Shown: positions 16,601-31,600 of the stretch, one piece after another
How positions within the stretch are numbered: position 1 is the first letter of the stretch
How the letters are laid out: the number at the start of each line of letters is the position of its first letter
From: the human T2T-CHM13v2.0 reference genome, Homo sapiens
DNA: 64,000 nt
Strand: one strand, 5' to 3'
NCBI RefSeq assembly: GCF_009914755.1
Contig: NC_060940.1
Position numbers and translations under genes: made by a program
The notes under the pieces: model-generated
What the model was told of the DNA's origin: nothing
What the model saw: the letters and a program-made list of their open reading frames with translations, nothing else
The model's database searches: none

Positions 16601-19600
16601 ACTCGATTCCATATGATGATGACTCCATTCGATTAAATTCGATGATGATTCCGTTCGCTTGCGTTCGATGATGATTCCACTTGAGTCTGTTAGAAGATTC
16701 TATTCAATTACATTCCATGACGATTCCGATCGAGTCCATTTGATGATTCCATTAGACTCCATTCGACGATGATTCCATTCGATGTTATTCGATGATTCCA
16801 TTCGATCTCATTCGATGATGATTCCATTCAACTCCATTCGATGTTTCCATTCGAGTTCATTCTATTATTCCATTAGATTCCATTCGATGATGATTCCATT
16901 CGATTCCATTTGATGATTGCATTCTATTTCATTTGATGATGATTCCATTCGAGTCCACTCGATGATTCCATTCGAGTCCATTTAATGAATCCATTGGTTT
17001 CAATTCTATGATGATTACATTGGATTCCATTCGTTGATGATTTCATTCGGTTCCATTCAATGATGATTCCATTCAATTCCTTTCAATGTTTCCATTCAAT
17101 TGCATACGATGATGCTTCCATTTGATTTGATTCGACAGTGAGCCATTCGATTCAATTCCATGATGAATCTATTTTATTCAATTGGTTGACATTTCCATTC
17201 GATTCCATTCGATGATGATTCCCTTTGATTCCATTCAAAGATGATTCCATTCTAGCCCATTCAATCATTCCATTCGAATCTATTCAATGATGATTCCATT
17301 CATGTCGATTTGGTGATTCCATTTGACTTCATTTGATGATGATTCCTTTCAAGTTCATTAGATGATTCCATTCGATTCCATTTGATGATGATCCCATTCG
17401 AGTCCATTCAGTGATTCCATTCGTTTCCATTCCATGATGATTCCATTCCATTCCATTCAAGGATTCCATTCGATTCCGTTTGATGATGATTTCATTCGAG
17501 TCCATTTGATGTTTCCATTCGTTTCCATTCCATGATGATTCCATTCCATTCCATTCAATGATTCCATTCGATTCCGTTTGGTGATGATTTCATTCGAGTC
17601 CATTTGATGATTCCATTTGATTCCATTCGATGATGATTCCATTCGAGTCCATTCGATGATTCTATTCGAATCCACTTGATGATTTCTTTTGATTATAGTT
17701 GGTGATGATTCCATTGGAGTCCATTCAATGATTCCATTCGATTCCAATCGATGGTGATTCCATTAGAGTCCATTTAATGATTCCATTTGATTCCAGTCTC
17801 TGATGATTCCATTCGAGTCCATACGATGATTCCACTCAATTCCATATGATGATGATTCCATTCGATTCCATTCGATGATTCCATTCTATTCTAATCGATG
17901 ATGATTCCATTCGATTCCATTCGATGATGATTGGATTCGATTCCATTTGATGATTTCATTTGATTCCATTCGTTAATGATTTCGATCAACTCCATTCGAT
18001 GATTCCATTCGATTCCATTCGATAATGATTACATCCGAGTCCATTCGATGATTCCATTTGAGCCCGTTCGATAATTCCATTTGAGTCCAATCAATGATTC
18101 CATTCATTTCCATTCAATGATTCCATTCGAGTCCATTTGATCATTCTGGTAGGGTCCGTTCGATGTTGATTCCATTGGAGTGCATTCGATGATTCCATTC
18201 GAGTCCATTTTATGATTTGATTCGAGTCCTTTCGATGATTCCAATCGATTCCACTCGATGATGATTTCATTCGAGTCCATTCGACACTTCCAATCGATTC
18301 CATTTGATGTTTCCATTCGAGTCCAATTGATGATTCCATTCAATTCCATTCGATGATGATTCCGTACGATTCCATACTGTGATGATTCCATGTGATTGCA
18401 TTCAATGATGATTCCTTTCGATTGCATTCGATTGTGATTCATTTCGTGTTCATTCTATGGTTCCACAGGTTTCCATTCGTGTCCATTCCATTATTCCATT
18501 CTATTCCATTTCATGATGATTCCATTCGATTCCATTCATTGGTGATTCCACTCAATTCCATTCAATGATTCCATTCCATTTCTTTCAACAATGATTCCAT
18601 TAGTTTCTAATCGATGATCCACTTGATTCCATTTGATGACGATTCCATTCTTGCCATTCGATGATTCCATTTGATTCCATATGATGATGATTCCATTCGA
18701 TTCCATACGATGATGATTCCATTCGAGTCCATTCAATGGTGATTCCATTCCATTCCATTCCATGATTCCTTTTGATTCCATTCGATGATGATGGCATTCG
18801 ATTCCTTTCAATCATTCCCTTTGATTCCATTCAAAGGTGATTTCATTCAAGTCCATTCGATAATTGCATTCGATTCCATTCTATGATGATTCCATTCGAG
18901 TCCATTTGATGATTCCATTCAATTCAAGTCAATGATGATTCCATTCGATTCCATTCGATGATTCCATTGGATTCCATTCGATGATGATTCCATTCAAATC
19001 CATTCGATAATTCAATTCAAGTCCATTCGATGATGATTCCAATCGAATCCATTCAAAGATTCCATTCAGTTCCATTCGATGATAACCTTAGATTCCATTC
19101 GATGATTCCACTTGTTTCCATTTACGATGATTCCATTCGATTCCATGTGATGATTCCATTCAATTCTATTCAATGATGTCTCCATTTGATTCCATTCGAC
19201 CATGATTGCCTTTGCTTCCATTCAATGTTTCCATTCGGTTCCTTTTGATGATAATTCCGTTCGATTCCATTTGATGATTCCATTTGATTCCATTGGATGA
19301 GTCCATTCGATTACATTCGATGATTATTCCATTCGAGTGCATTAGATGATTCCATTCGAGTCCATTCGATGATTCCATTCGATTCCATTCGATGTTGATT
19401 CTGTTCAAATCCATTCGATGATTCCACTCGATTCCATTCGATGACTCCATTTGATCCCATTCGATGATTTCCTGTGATTCCCTTTGATGATCATTCCATT
19501 TGATTCAATTCGGTGATTTCATTTGATTCCATTCAGTGATGTTTCCATTCCACTCCATTCGATGATGATTCCATTCGACTCCATTCGATTATGATTTCAT

Positions 19601-22600
19601 TCAATTCCATTCGATAATGATTCCCTTCAAGTCCATTCGATGATTCCATTCGATTCCATTCAACGATGATTTGATTCGTGTCCATTCGATGATTCCATTT
19701 GATTCCACTTGATGATGATTCCATTCGAGTCCATTTGATGATTCCATTCAATTCCATTCTCCGATGATTTCTTTTGAGCCCATTCAATGCTTCCACTCGA
19801 TTCCATATGATGATGACTCCATTCGATTAAATTCGATGATGATTCCGTTCGCTTGCGTTCGATGATGATTCCACTTGAGTCCGTTAGAAGATTCTATTCA
19901 ATTACATTCCATGACGATTCCGATCGAGTCCATTTGATGATTCCATTAGACTCCATTCGACGATGATTCCATTCGATGTTATTCGATGATTCCATTCGAT
20001 CTCATTCGATGATGATTCCATTCAACTCCATTCGATGTTTCCATTCGAGTTCATTCTATTATTCCATTAGATTCCATTCGATGATGATTCCATTCGATTC
20101 CATTTGATGATTGCATTCTATTTCATTTGATGATGATTCCATTCGAGTCCACTCGATGATTCCATTCGAGTCCATTTAATGAATCCATTGGTTTCAATTC
20201 TATGATGATTACATTGGATTCCATTCGTTGATGATTTCATTCGGTTCCATTCAATGATGATTCCATTCAATTCCTTTCAATGTTTCCATTCAATTGCATA
20301 CGATGATGCTTCCATTTGATTTGATTCGACAGTGAGCCATTCGATTCAATTCCATGATGAATCTATTTTATTCAATTGGTTGACATTTCCATTCGATTCC
20401 ATTCGATGATGATTCCCTTTGATTCCATTCAAAGATGATTCCATTCTAGCCCATTCAATCATTCCATTCGATTCTATTCAATGATGATTCCATTCATGTC
20501 GATTTGGTGATTCCATTTGACTTCATTTGATGATGATTCCTTTCAAGTTCATTAGATGATTCCATTCGATTCCATTTGATGATGATCCCATTCGAGTCCA
20601 TTCAGTGATTCCATTCGTTTCCATTCCATGATGATTCCATTCCATTCCATTCAATGATTCCATTCGATTCCGTTTGATGATGATTTCATTCGAGTCCATT
20701 TGATGTTTCCATTCGTTTCCATTCCATGATGATTCCATTCCATTCCATTCAATGATTCCATTCGATTCCGTTTGGTGATGATTTCATTCGAGTCCATTTG
20801 ATGATTCCATTTGATTCCATTCGATGATGATTCCATTCGAGTCCATTCGATGATTCTATTCGAATCCACTTGACGATTTCTTTTGATTATAGTTGGTGAT
20901 GATTCCATTGGAGTCCATTCAATGATTCCATTCGATTCCAATCGATGGTGATTCCATTAGAGTCCATTTAATGATTCCATTTGATTCCAGTCTCTGATGA
21001 TTACATTCGAGTCCATACGATGATTCCACTCAATTCCATATGATGATGATTCCATTCGATTCCATTCGATGATTCCATTCTATTCTAATCGATGATGATT
21101 CCATTCGATTCCATTCGATGATGATTGGATTCGATTCCATTTGATGATTTCATTTGATTCCATTCGTTAATGATTTCGATCAACTCCATTCGATGATTCC
21201 ATTCGATTCCATTCGATAATGATTACATCCGAGTCCATTCGATGATTCCATTTGAGCCCGTTCGATAATTCCATTTGAGTCCAATCAATGATTCCATTCA
21301 TTTCCATTCAATGATTCCATTCGAGTCCATTTGATCATTCTGGTAGGGTCCGTTCGATGTTGATTCCATTGGAGTGCATTCGATGATTCCATTCGAGTCC
21401 ATTTTATGATTTGATTCGAGTCCTTTCGATGATTCCATTCGATTCCACTCGATGATGATTTCATTCGAGTCCATTCGACACTTCCAATCGATTCCATTTG
21501 ATGTTTCCATTCGAGTCCAATTGATGATTCCATTCAATTCCATTCGATGATGATTCCGTACGATTCCATTCTGTGATGATTCCATGTGATTGCATTCAAT
21601 GATGATTCCTTTCGATTGCATTCGATTGTGATTCATTTCGTGTTCATTCTATGGTTCCACAGGTTTCCATTCGTGTCCATTCCATTATTCCATTCTATTC
21701 CATTTCATGATGATTCCATTCGATTCCATTCATTGGTGATTCCACTCAATTCCATTCAATGATTCCATTCCATTTCTTTCAACAATGATTCCATTAGGTT
21801 CTAATCGATGATCCACTTGATTCCATTTGATGACGATTCCATTCTTGCCATTCGATGATTCCATTTGATTCCATATGATGATGATTCCATTCGATTCCAT
21901 ACGATGATGATTCCATTCGAGTCCATTCAATGGTGATTCCATTCCATTCCATTCCATGATTCCTTTTGATTCCATTCGATGATGATGGCATTCGATTCCT
22001 TTCAATCATTCCCTTTGATTCCATTCAAAGGTGATTTCATTCAAGTCCATTCGATAATTGCATTCGATTCCATTCTATGATGATTCCATTCGAGTCCATT
22101 TGATGATTCCATTCAATTCAAGTCAATGATGATTCCATTCGATTCCATTCGATGATTCCATTGGATTCCATTCGATGATGATTCCATTCAAATCCATTCG
22201 ATAATTCAATTCAAGTCCATTCGATGATGATTCCAATCGAATCCATTCAAAGATTCCATTCAGTTCCATTCGATGATAACCTTAGATTCCATTCGATGAT
22301 TCCACTTGTTTCCATTTACGATGATTCCATTCGATTCCATGTGATGATTCCATTCAATTCTATTCAATGATGTCTCCATTTGATTCCATTCGACCATGAT
22401 TGCCTTTGCTTCCATTCAATGTTTCCATTCGGTTCCTTTTGATGATAATTCCGTTCGATTCCATTTGATGATTCCATTTGATTCCATTGGATGAGTCCAT
22501 TCGATTACATTCGATGATTATTCCATTCGAGTGCATTAGATGATTCCATTCGAGTCCATTCGATGATTCCATTCGATTCCATTCGATGTTGATTCTGTTC

Positions 22601-25600
22601 AAATCCATTCGATGATTCCACTCGATTCCATTCGATGACTCCATTTGATCCCATTCGATGATTTCCTGTGATTCCCTTTGATGATCATTCCATTTGATTC
22701 AATTCGGTGATTTCATTTGATTCCATTCAGTGATGTTTCCATTCCACTCCATTCGATGATGATTCCATTCGACTCCATTCGATTATGATTTCATTCAATT
22801 CCATTCGATAATGATTCCCTTCAAGTCCATTCGATGATTCCATTCGATTCCATTCAACGATGATTTGATTCGTGTCCATTCGATGATTCCATTTGATTCC
22901 ACTTGATGATGATTCCATTCGAGTCCATTTGATGATTCCATTCAATTCCATTCTCCGATGATTTCTTTTGAGCCCATTCAATGCTTCCACTCGATTCCAT
23001 ATGATGATGACTCCATTCGATTAAATTCGATGATGATTCCGTTCGCTTGCGTTCGATGATGATTCCACTTGAGTCCGTTAGAAGATTCTATTCAATTACA
23101 TTCCATGACGATTCCGATCGAGTCCATTTGATGATTCCATTAGACTCCATTCGACGATGATTCCATTCGATGTTATTCGATGATTCCATTCGATCTCATT
23201 CGATGATGATTCCATTCAACTCCATTCGATGTTTCCATTCGAGTTCATTCTATTATTCCATTAGATTCCATTCGATGATGATTCCATTCGATTCCATTTG
23301 ATGATTGCATTCTATTTCATTTGATGATGATTCCATTCGAGTCCACTCGATGATTCCATTCGAGTCCATTTAATGAATCCATTGGTTTCAATTCTATGAT
23401 GATTACATTGGATTCCATTCGTTGATGATTTCATTCGGTTCCATTCAATGATGATTCCATTCAATTCCTTTCAATGTTTCCATTCAATTGCATACGATGA
23501 TGCTTCCATTTGATTTGATTCGACAGTGAGCCATTCGATTCAATTCCATGATGAATCTATTTTATTCAATTGGTTGACATTTCCATTCGATTCCATTCGA
23601 TGATGATTCCCTTTGATTCCATTCAAAGATGATTCCATTCTAGCCCATTCAATCATTCCATTCGATTCTATTCAATGATGATTCCATTCATGTCGATTTG
23701 GTGATTCCATTTGACTTCATTTGAAGATGATTCCTTTCAAGTTCATTAGATGATTCCATTCGATTCCATTTGATGATGATCCCATTCGAGTCCATTCAGT
23801 GATTCCATTCGTTTCCATTCCATGATGATTCCATTCCATTCCATTCAATGATTCCATTCGATTCCGTTTGATGATGATTTCATTCGAGTCCATTTGATGT
23901 TTCCATTCGTTTCCATTCCATGATGATTCCATTCCATTCCATTCAATGATTCCATTCGATTCCGTTTGGTGATGATTTCATTCGAGTCCATTTGATGATT
24001 CCATTTGATTCCATTCGATGATGATTCCATTCGAGTCCATTCGATGATTCTATTCGAATCCACTTGATGATTTCTTTTGATTATAGTTGGTGATGATTCC
24101 ATTGGAGTCCATTCAATGATTCCATTCGATTCCAATCGATGGTGATTCCATTAGAGTCCATTTAATGATTCCATTTGATTCCAGTCTCTGATGATTCCAT
24201 TCGAGTCCATACGATGATTCCACTCAATTCCATATGATGATGATTCCATTCGATTCCATTCGATGATTCCATTCTATTCTAATCGATGATGATTCCATTC
24301 GATTCCATTCGATGATGATTGGATTCGATTCCATTTGATGATTTCATTTGATTCCATTCGTTAATGATTTCGATCAACTCCATTCGATGATTCCATTCGA
24401 TCCCATTCGATAATGATTACATCCGAGTCCATTCGATGATTCCATTTGAGCCCGTTCGATAATTCCATTTGAGTCCAATCAATGATTCCATTCATTTCCA
24501 TTCAATGATTCCATTCGAGTCCATTTGATCATTCTGGTAGGGTCCGTTCGATGTTGATTCCATTGGAGTGCATTCGATGATTCCATTCGAGTCCATTTTA
24601 TGATTTGATTCGAGTCCTTTCGATGATTCCAATCGATTCCACTCGATGATGATTTCATTCGAGTCCATTCGACACTTCCAATCGATTCCATTTGATGTTT
24701 CCATTCGAGTCCAATTGATGATTCCATTCAATTCCATTCGATGATGATTCCGTACGATTCCATACTGTGATGATTCCATGTGATTGCATTCAATGATGAT
24801 TCCTTTCGATTGCATTCGATTGTGATTCATTTCGTGTTCATTCTATGGTTCCACAGGTTTCCATTCGTGTCCATTCCATTATTCCATTCTATTCCATTTC
24901 ATGATGATTCCATTCGATTCCATTCATTGGTGATTCCACTCAATTCCATTCAATGATTCCATTCCATTTCTTTCAACAATGATTCCATTAGTTTCTAATC
25001 GATGATCCACTTGATTCCATTTGATGACGATTCCATTCTTGCCATTCGATGATTCCATTTGATTCCATATGATGATGATTCCATTCGATTCCATACGATG
25101 ATGATTCCATTCGAGTCCATTCAATGGTGATTCCATTCCATTCCATTCCATGATTCCTTTTGATTCCATTCGATGATGATGGCATTCGATTCCTTTCAAT
25201 CATTCCCTTTGATTCCATTCAAAGGTGATTTCATTCAAGTCCATTCGATAATTGCATTCGATTCCATTCTATGATGATTCCATTCGAGTCCATTTGATGA
25301 TTCCATTCAATTCAAGTCAATGATGATTCCATTCGATTCCATTCGATGATTCCATTGGATTCCATTCGATGATGATTCCATTCAAATCCATTCGATAATT
25401 CAATTCAAGTCCATTCGATGATGATTCCAATCGAATCCATTCAAAGATTCCATTCAGTTCCATTCGATGATAACCTTAGATTCCATTCGATGATTCCACT
25501 TGTTTCCATTTACGATGATTCCATTCGATTCCATGTGATGATTCCATTCAATTCTATTCAATGATGTCTCCATTTGATTCCATTCGACCATGATTGCCTT

Positions 25601-28600
25601 TGCTTCCATTCAATGTTTCCATTCGGTTCCTTTTGATGATAATTCCGTTCGATTCCATTTGATGATTCCATTTGATTCCATTGGATGAGTCCATTCGATT
25701 ACATTCGATGATTATTCCATTCGAGTGCATTAGATGATTCCATTCGAGTCCATTCGATGATTCCATTCGATTCCATTCGATGTTGATTCTGTTCAAATCC
25801 ATTCGATGATTCCACTCGATTCCATTCGATGACTCCATTTGATCCCATTCGATGATTTCCTGTGATTCCCTTTGATGATCATTCCATTTGATTCAATTCG
25901 GTGATTTCATTTGATTCCATTCAGTGATGTTTCCATTCCACTCCATTCGATGATGATTCCATTCGACTCCATTCGATTATGATTTCATTCAATTCCATTC
26001 GATAATGATTCCCTTCAAGTCCATTCGATGATTCCATTCGATTCCATTCAACGATGATTTGATTCGTGTCCATTCGATGATTCCATTTGATTCCACTTGA
26101 TGATGATTCCATTCGAGTCCATTTGATGATTCCATTCAATTCCATTCTCCGATGATTTCTTTTGAGCCCATTCAATGCTTCCACTCGATTCCATATGATG
26201 ATGACTCCATTCGATTAAATTCGATGATGATTCCGTTCGCTTGCGTTCGATGATGATTCCACTTGAGTCCGTTAGAAGATTCTATTCAATTACATTCCAT
26301 GACGATTCCGATCGAGTCCATTTGATGATTCCATTAGACTCCATTCGACGATGATTCCATTCGATGTTATTCGATGATTCCATTCGATCTCATTCGATGA
26401 TGATTCCATTCAACTCCATTCGATGTTTCCATTCGAGTTCATTCTATTATTCCATTAGATTCCATTCGATGATGATTCCATTCGATTCCATTTGATGATT
26501 GCATTCTATTTCATTTGATGATGATTCCATTCGAGTCCACTCGATGATTCCATTCGAGTCCATTTAATGAATCCATTGGTTTCAATTCTATGATGATTAC
26601 ATTGGATTCCATTCGTTGATGATTTCATTCGGTTCCATTCAATGATGATTCCATTCAATTCCTTTCAATGTTTCCATTCAATTGCATACGATGATGCTTC
26701 CATTTGATTTGATTCGACAGTGAGCCATTCGATTCAATTCCATGATGAATCTATTTTATTCAATTGGTTGACATTTCCATTCGATTCCATTCGATGATGA
26801 TTCCCTTTGATTCCATTCAAAGATGATTCCATTCTAGCCCATTCAATCATTCCATTCGATTCTATTCAATGATGATTCCATTCATGTCGATTTGGTGATT
26901 CCATTTGACTTCATTTGATGATGATTCCTTTCAAGTTCATTAGATGATTCCATTCGATTCCATTTGATGATGATCCCATTCGAGTCCATTCAGTGATTCC
27001 ATTCGTTTCCATTCCATGATGATTCCATTCCATTCCATTCAATGATTCCATTCGATTCCGTTTGATGATGATTTCATTCGAGTCCATTTGATGTTTCCAT
27101 TCGTTTCCATTCCATGATGATTCCATTCCATTCCATTCAATGATTCCATTCGATTCCGTTTGGTGATGATTTCATTCGAGTCCATTTGATGATTCCATTT
27201 GATTCCATTCGATGATGATTCCATTCGAGTCCATTCGATGATTCTATTCGAATCCACTTGACGATTTCTTTTGATTATAGTTGGTGATGATTCCATTGGA
27301 GTCCATTCAATGATTCCATTCGATTCCAATCGATGGTGATTCCATTAGAGTCCATTTAATGATTCCATTTGATTCCAGTCTCTGATGATTACATTCGAGT
27401 CCATACGATGATTCCACTCAATTCCATATGATGATGATTCCATTCGATTCCATTCGATGATTCCATTCTATTCTAATCGATGATGATTCCATTCGATTCC
27501 ATTCGATGATGATTGGATTCGATTCCATTTGATGATTTCATTTGATTCCATTCGTTAATGATTTCGATCAACTCCATTCGATGATTCCATTCGATTCCAT
27601 TCGATAATGATTACATCCGAGTCCATTCGATGATTCCATTTGAGCCCGTTCGATAATTCCATTTGAGTCCAATCAATGATTCCATTCATTTCCATTCAAT
27701 GATTCCATTCGAGTCCATTTGATCATTCTGGTAGGGTCCGTTCGATGTTGATTCCATTGGAGTGCATTCGATGATTCCATTCGAGTCCATTTTATGATTT
27801 GATTCGAGTCCTTTCGATGATTCCATTCGATTCCACTCGATGATGATTTCATTCGAGTCCATTCGACACTTCCAATCGATTCCATTTGATGTTTCCATTC
27901 GAGTCCAATTGATGATTCCATTCAATTCCATTCGATGATGATTCCGTACGATTCCATTCTGTGATGATTCCATGTGATTGCATTCAATGATGATTCCTTT
28001 CGATTGCATTCGATTGTGATTCATTTCGTGTTCATTCTATGGTTCCACAGGTTTCCATTCGTGTCCATTCCATTATTCCATTCTATTCCATTTGATGATG
28101 ATTCCATTCGATTCCATTCATTGGTGATTCCACTCAATTCCATTCAATGATTCCATTCCATTTCTTTCAACAATGATTCCATTAGGTTCTAATCGATGAT
28201 CCACTTGATTCCATTTGATGACGATTCCATTCTTGCCATTCGATGATTCCATTTGATTCCATATGATGATGATTCCATTCGATTCCATACGATGATGATT
28301 CCATTCGAGTCCATTCAATGGTGATTCCATTCCATTCCATTCCATGATTCCTTTTGATTCCATTCGATGATGATGGCATTCGATTCCTTTCAATCATTCC
28401 CTTTGATTCCATTCAAAGGTGATTTCATTCAAGTCCATTCGATAATTGCATTCGATTCCATTCTATGATGATTCCATTCGAGTCCATTTGATGATTCCAT
28501 TCAATTCAAGTCAATGATGATTCCATTCGATTCCATTCGATGATTCCATTGGATTCCATTCGATGATGATTCCATTCAAATCCATTCGATAATTCAATTC

Positions 28601-31600
28601 AAGTCCATTCGATGATGATTCCAATCGAATCCATTCAAAGATTCCATTCAGTTCCATTCGATGATAACCTTAGATTCCATTCGATGATTCCACTTGTTTC
28701 CATTTACGATGATTCCATTCGATTCCATGTGATGATTCCATTCAATTCTATTCAATGATGTCTCCATTTGATTCCATTCGACCATGATTGCCTTTGCTTC
28801 CATTCAATGTTTCCATTCGGTTCCTTTTGATGATAATTCCGTTCGATTCCATTTGATGATTCCATTTGATTCCATTGGATGAGTCCATTCGATTACATTC
28901 GATGATTATTCCATTCGAGTGCATTAGATGATTCCATTCGAGTCCATTCGATGATTCCATTCGATTCCATTCGATGTTGATTCTGTTCAAATCCATTCGA
29001 TGATTCCACTCGATTCCATTCGATGACTCCATTTGATCCCATTCGATGATTTCCTGTGATTCCCTTTGATGATCATTCCATTTGATTCAATTCGGTGATT
29101 TCATTTGATTCCATTCAGTGATGTTTCCATTCCACTCCATTCGATGATGATTCCATTCGACTCCATTCGATTATGATTTCATTCAATTCCATTCGATAAT
29201 GATTCCCTTCAAGTCCATTCGATGATTCCATTCGATTCCATTCAACGATGATTTGATTCGTGTCCATTCGATGATTCCATTTGATTCCACTTGATGATGA
29301 TTCCATTCGAGTCCATTTGATGATTCCATTCAATTCCATTCTCCGATGATTTCTTTTGAGCCCATTCAATGCTTCCACTCGATTCCATATGATGATGACT
29401 CCATTCGATTAAATTCGATGATGATTCCGTTCGCTTGCGTTCGATGATGATTCCACTTGAGTCCGTTAGAAGATTCTATTCAATTACATTCCATGACGAT
29501 TCCGATCGAGTCCATTTGATGATTCCATTAGACTCCATTCGACGATGATTCCATTCGATGTTATTCGATGATTCCATTCGATCTCATTCGATGATGATTC
29601 CATTCAACTCCATTCGATGTTTCCATTCGAGTTCATTCTATTATTCCATTAGATTCCATTCGATGATGATTCCATTCGATTCCATTTGATGATTGCATTC
29701 TATTTCATTTGATGATGATTCCATTCGAGTCCACTCGATGATTCCATTCGAGTCCATTTAATGAATCCATTGGTTTCAATTCTATGATGATTACATTGGA
29801 TTCCATTCGTTGATGATTTCATTCGGTTCCATTCAATGATGATTCCATTCAATTCCTTTCAATGTTTCCATTCAATTGCATACGATGATGCTTCCATTTG
29901 ATTTGATTCGACAGTGAGCCATTCGATTCAATTCCATGATGAATCTATTTTATTCAATTGGTTGACATTTCCATTCGATTCCATTCGATGATGATTCCCT
30001 TTGATTCCATTCAAAGATGATTCCATTCTAGCCCATTCAATCATTCCATTCGATTCTATTCAATGATGATTCCATTCATGTCGATTTGGTGATTCCATTT
30101 GACTTCATTTGAAGATGATTCCTTTCAAGTTCATTAGATGATTCCATTCGATTCCATTTGATGATGATCCCATTCGAGTCCATTCAGTGATTCCATTCGT
30201 TTCCATTCCATGATGATTCCATTCCATTCCATTCAATGATTCCATTCGATTCCGTTTGATGATGATTTCATTCGAGTCCATTTGATGTTTCCATTCGTTT
30301 CCATTCCATGATGATTCCATTCCATTCCATTCAATGATTCCATTCGATTCCGTTTGGTGATGATTTCATTCGAGTCCATTTGATGATTCCATTTGATTCC
30401 ATTCGATGATGATTCCATTCGAGTCCATTCGATGATTCTATTCGAATCCACTTGATGATTTCTTTTGATTATAGTTGGTGATGATTCCATTGGAGTCCAT
30501 TCAATGATTCCATTCGATTCCAATCGATGGTGATTCCATTAGAGTCCATTTAATGATTCCATTTGATTCCAGTCTCTGATGATTCCATTCGAGTCCATAC
30601 GATGATTCCACTCAATTCCATATGATGATGATTCCATTCGATTCCATTCGATGATTCCATTCTATTCTAATCGATGATGATTCCATTCGATTCCATTCGA
30701 TGATGATTGGATTCGATTCCATTTGATGATTTCATTTGATTCCATTCGTTAATGATTTCGATCAACTCCATTCGATGATTCCATTCGATCCCATTCGATA
30801 ATGATTACATCCGAGTCCATTCGATGATTCCATTTGAGCCCGTTCGATAATTCCATTTGAGTCCAATCAATGATTCCATTCATTTCCATTCAATGATTCC
30901 ATTCGAGTCCATTTGATCATTCTGGTAGGGTCCGTTCGATGTTGATTCCATTGGAGTGCATTCGATGATTCCATTCGAGTCCATTTTATGATTTGATTCG
31001 AGTCCTTTCGATGATTCCATTCGATTCCACTCGATGATGATTTCATTCGAGTCCATTCGACACTTCCAATCGATTCCATTTGATGTTTCCATTCGAGTCC
31101 AATTGATGATTCCATTCAATTCCATTCGATGATGATTCCGTACGATTCCATTCTGTGATGATTCCATGTGATTGCATTCAATGATGATTCCTTTCGATTG
31201 CATTCGATTGTGATTCATTTCGTGTTCATTCTATGGTTCCACAGGTTTCCATTCGTGTCCATTCCATTATTCCATTCTATTCCATTTCATGATGATTCCA
31301 TTCGATTCCATTCATTGGTGATTCCACTCAATTCCATTCAATGATTCCATTCCATTTCTTTCAACAATGATTCCATTAGGTTCTAATCGATGATCCACTT
31401 GATTCCATTTGATGACGATTCCATTCTTGCCATTCGATGATTCCATTTGATTCCATATGATGATGATTCCATTCGATTCCATACGATGATGATTCCATTC
31501 GAGTCCATTCAATGGTGATTCCATTCCATTCCATTCCATGATTCCTTTTGATTCCATTCGATGATGATGGCATTCGATTCCTTTCAATCATTCCCTTTGA

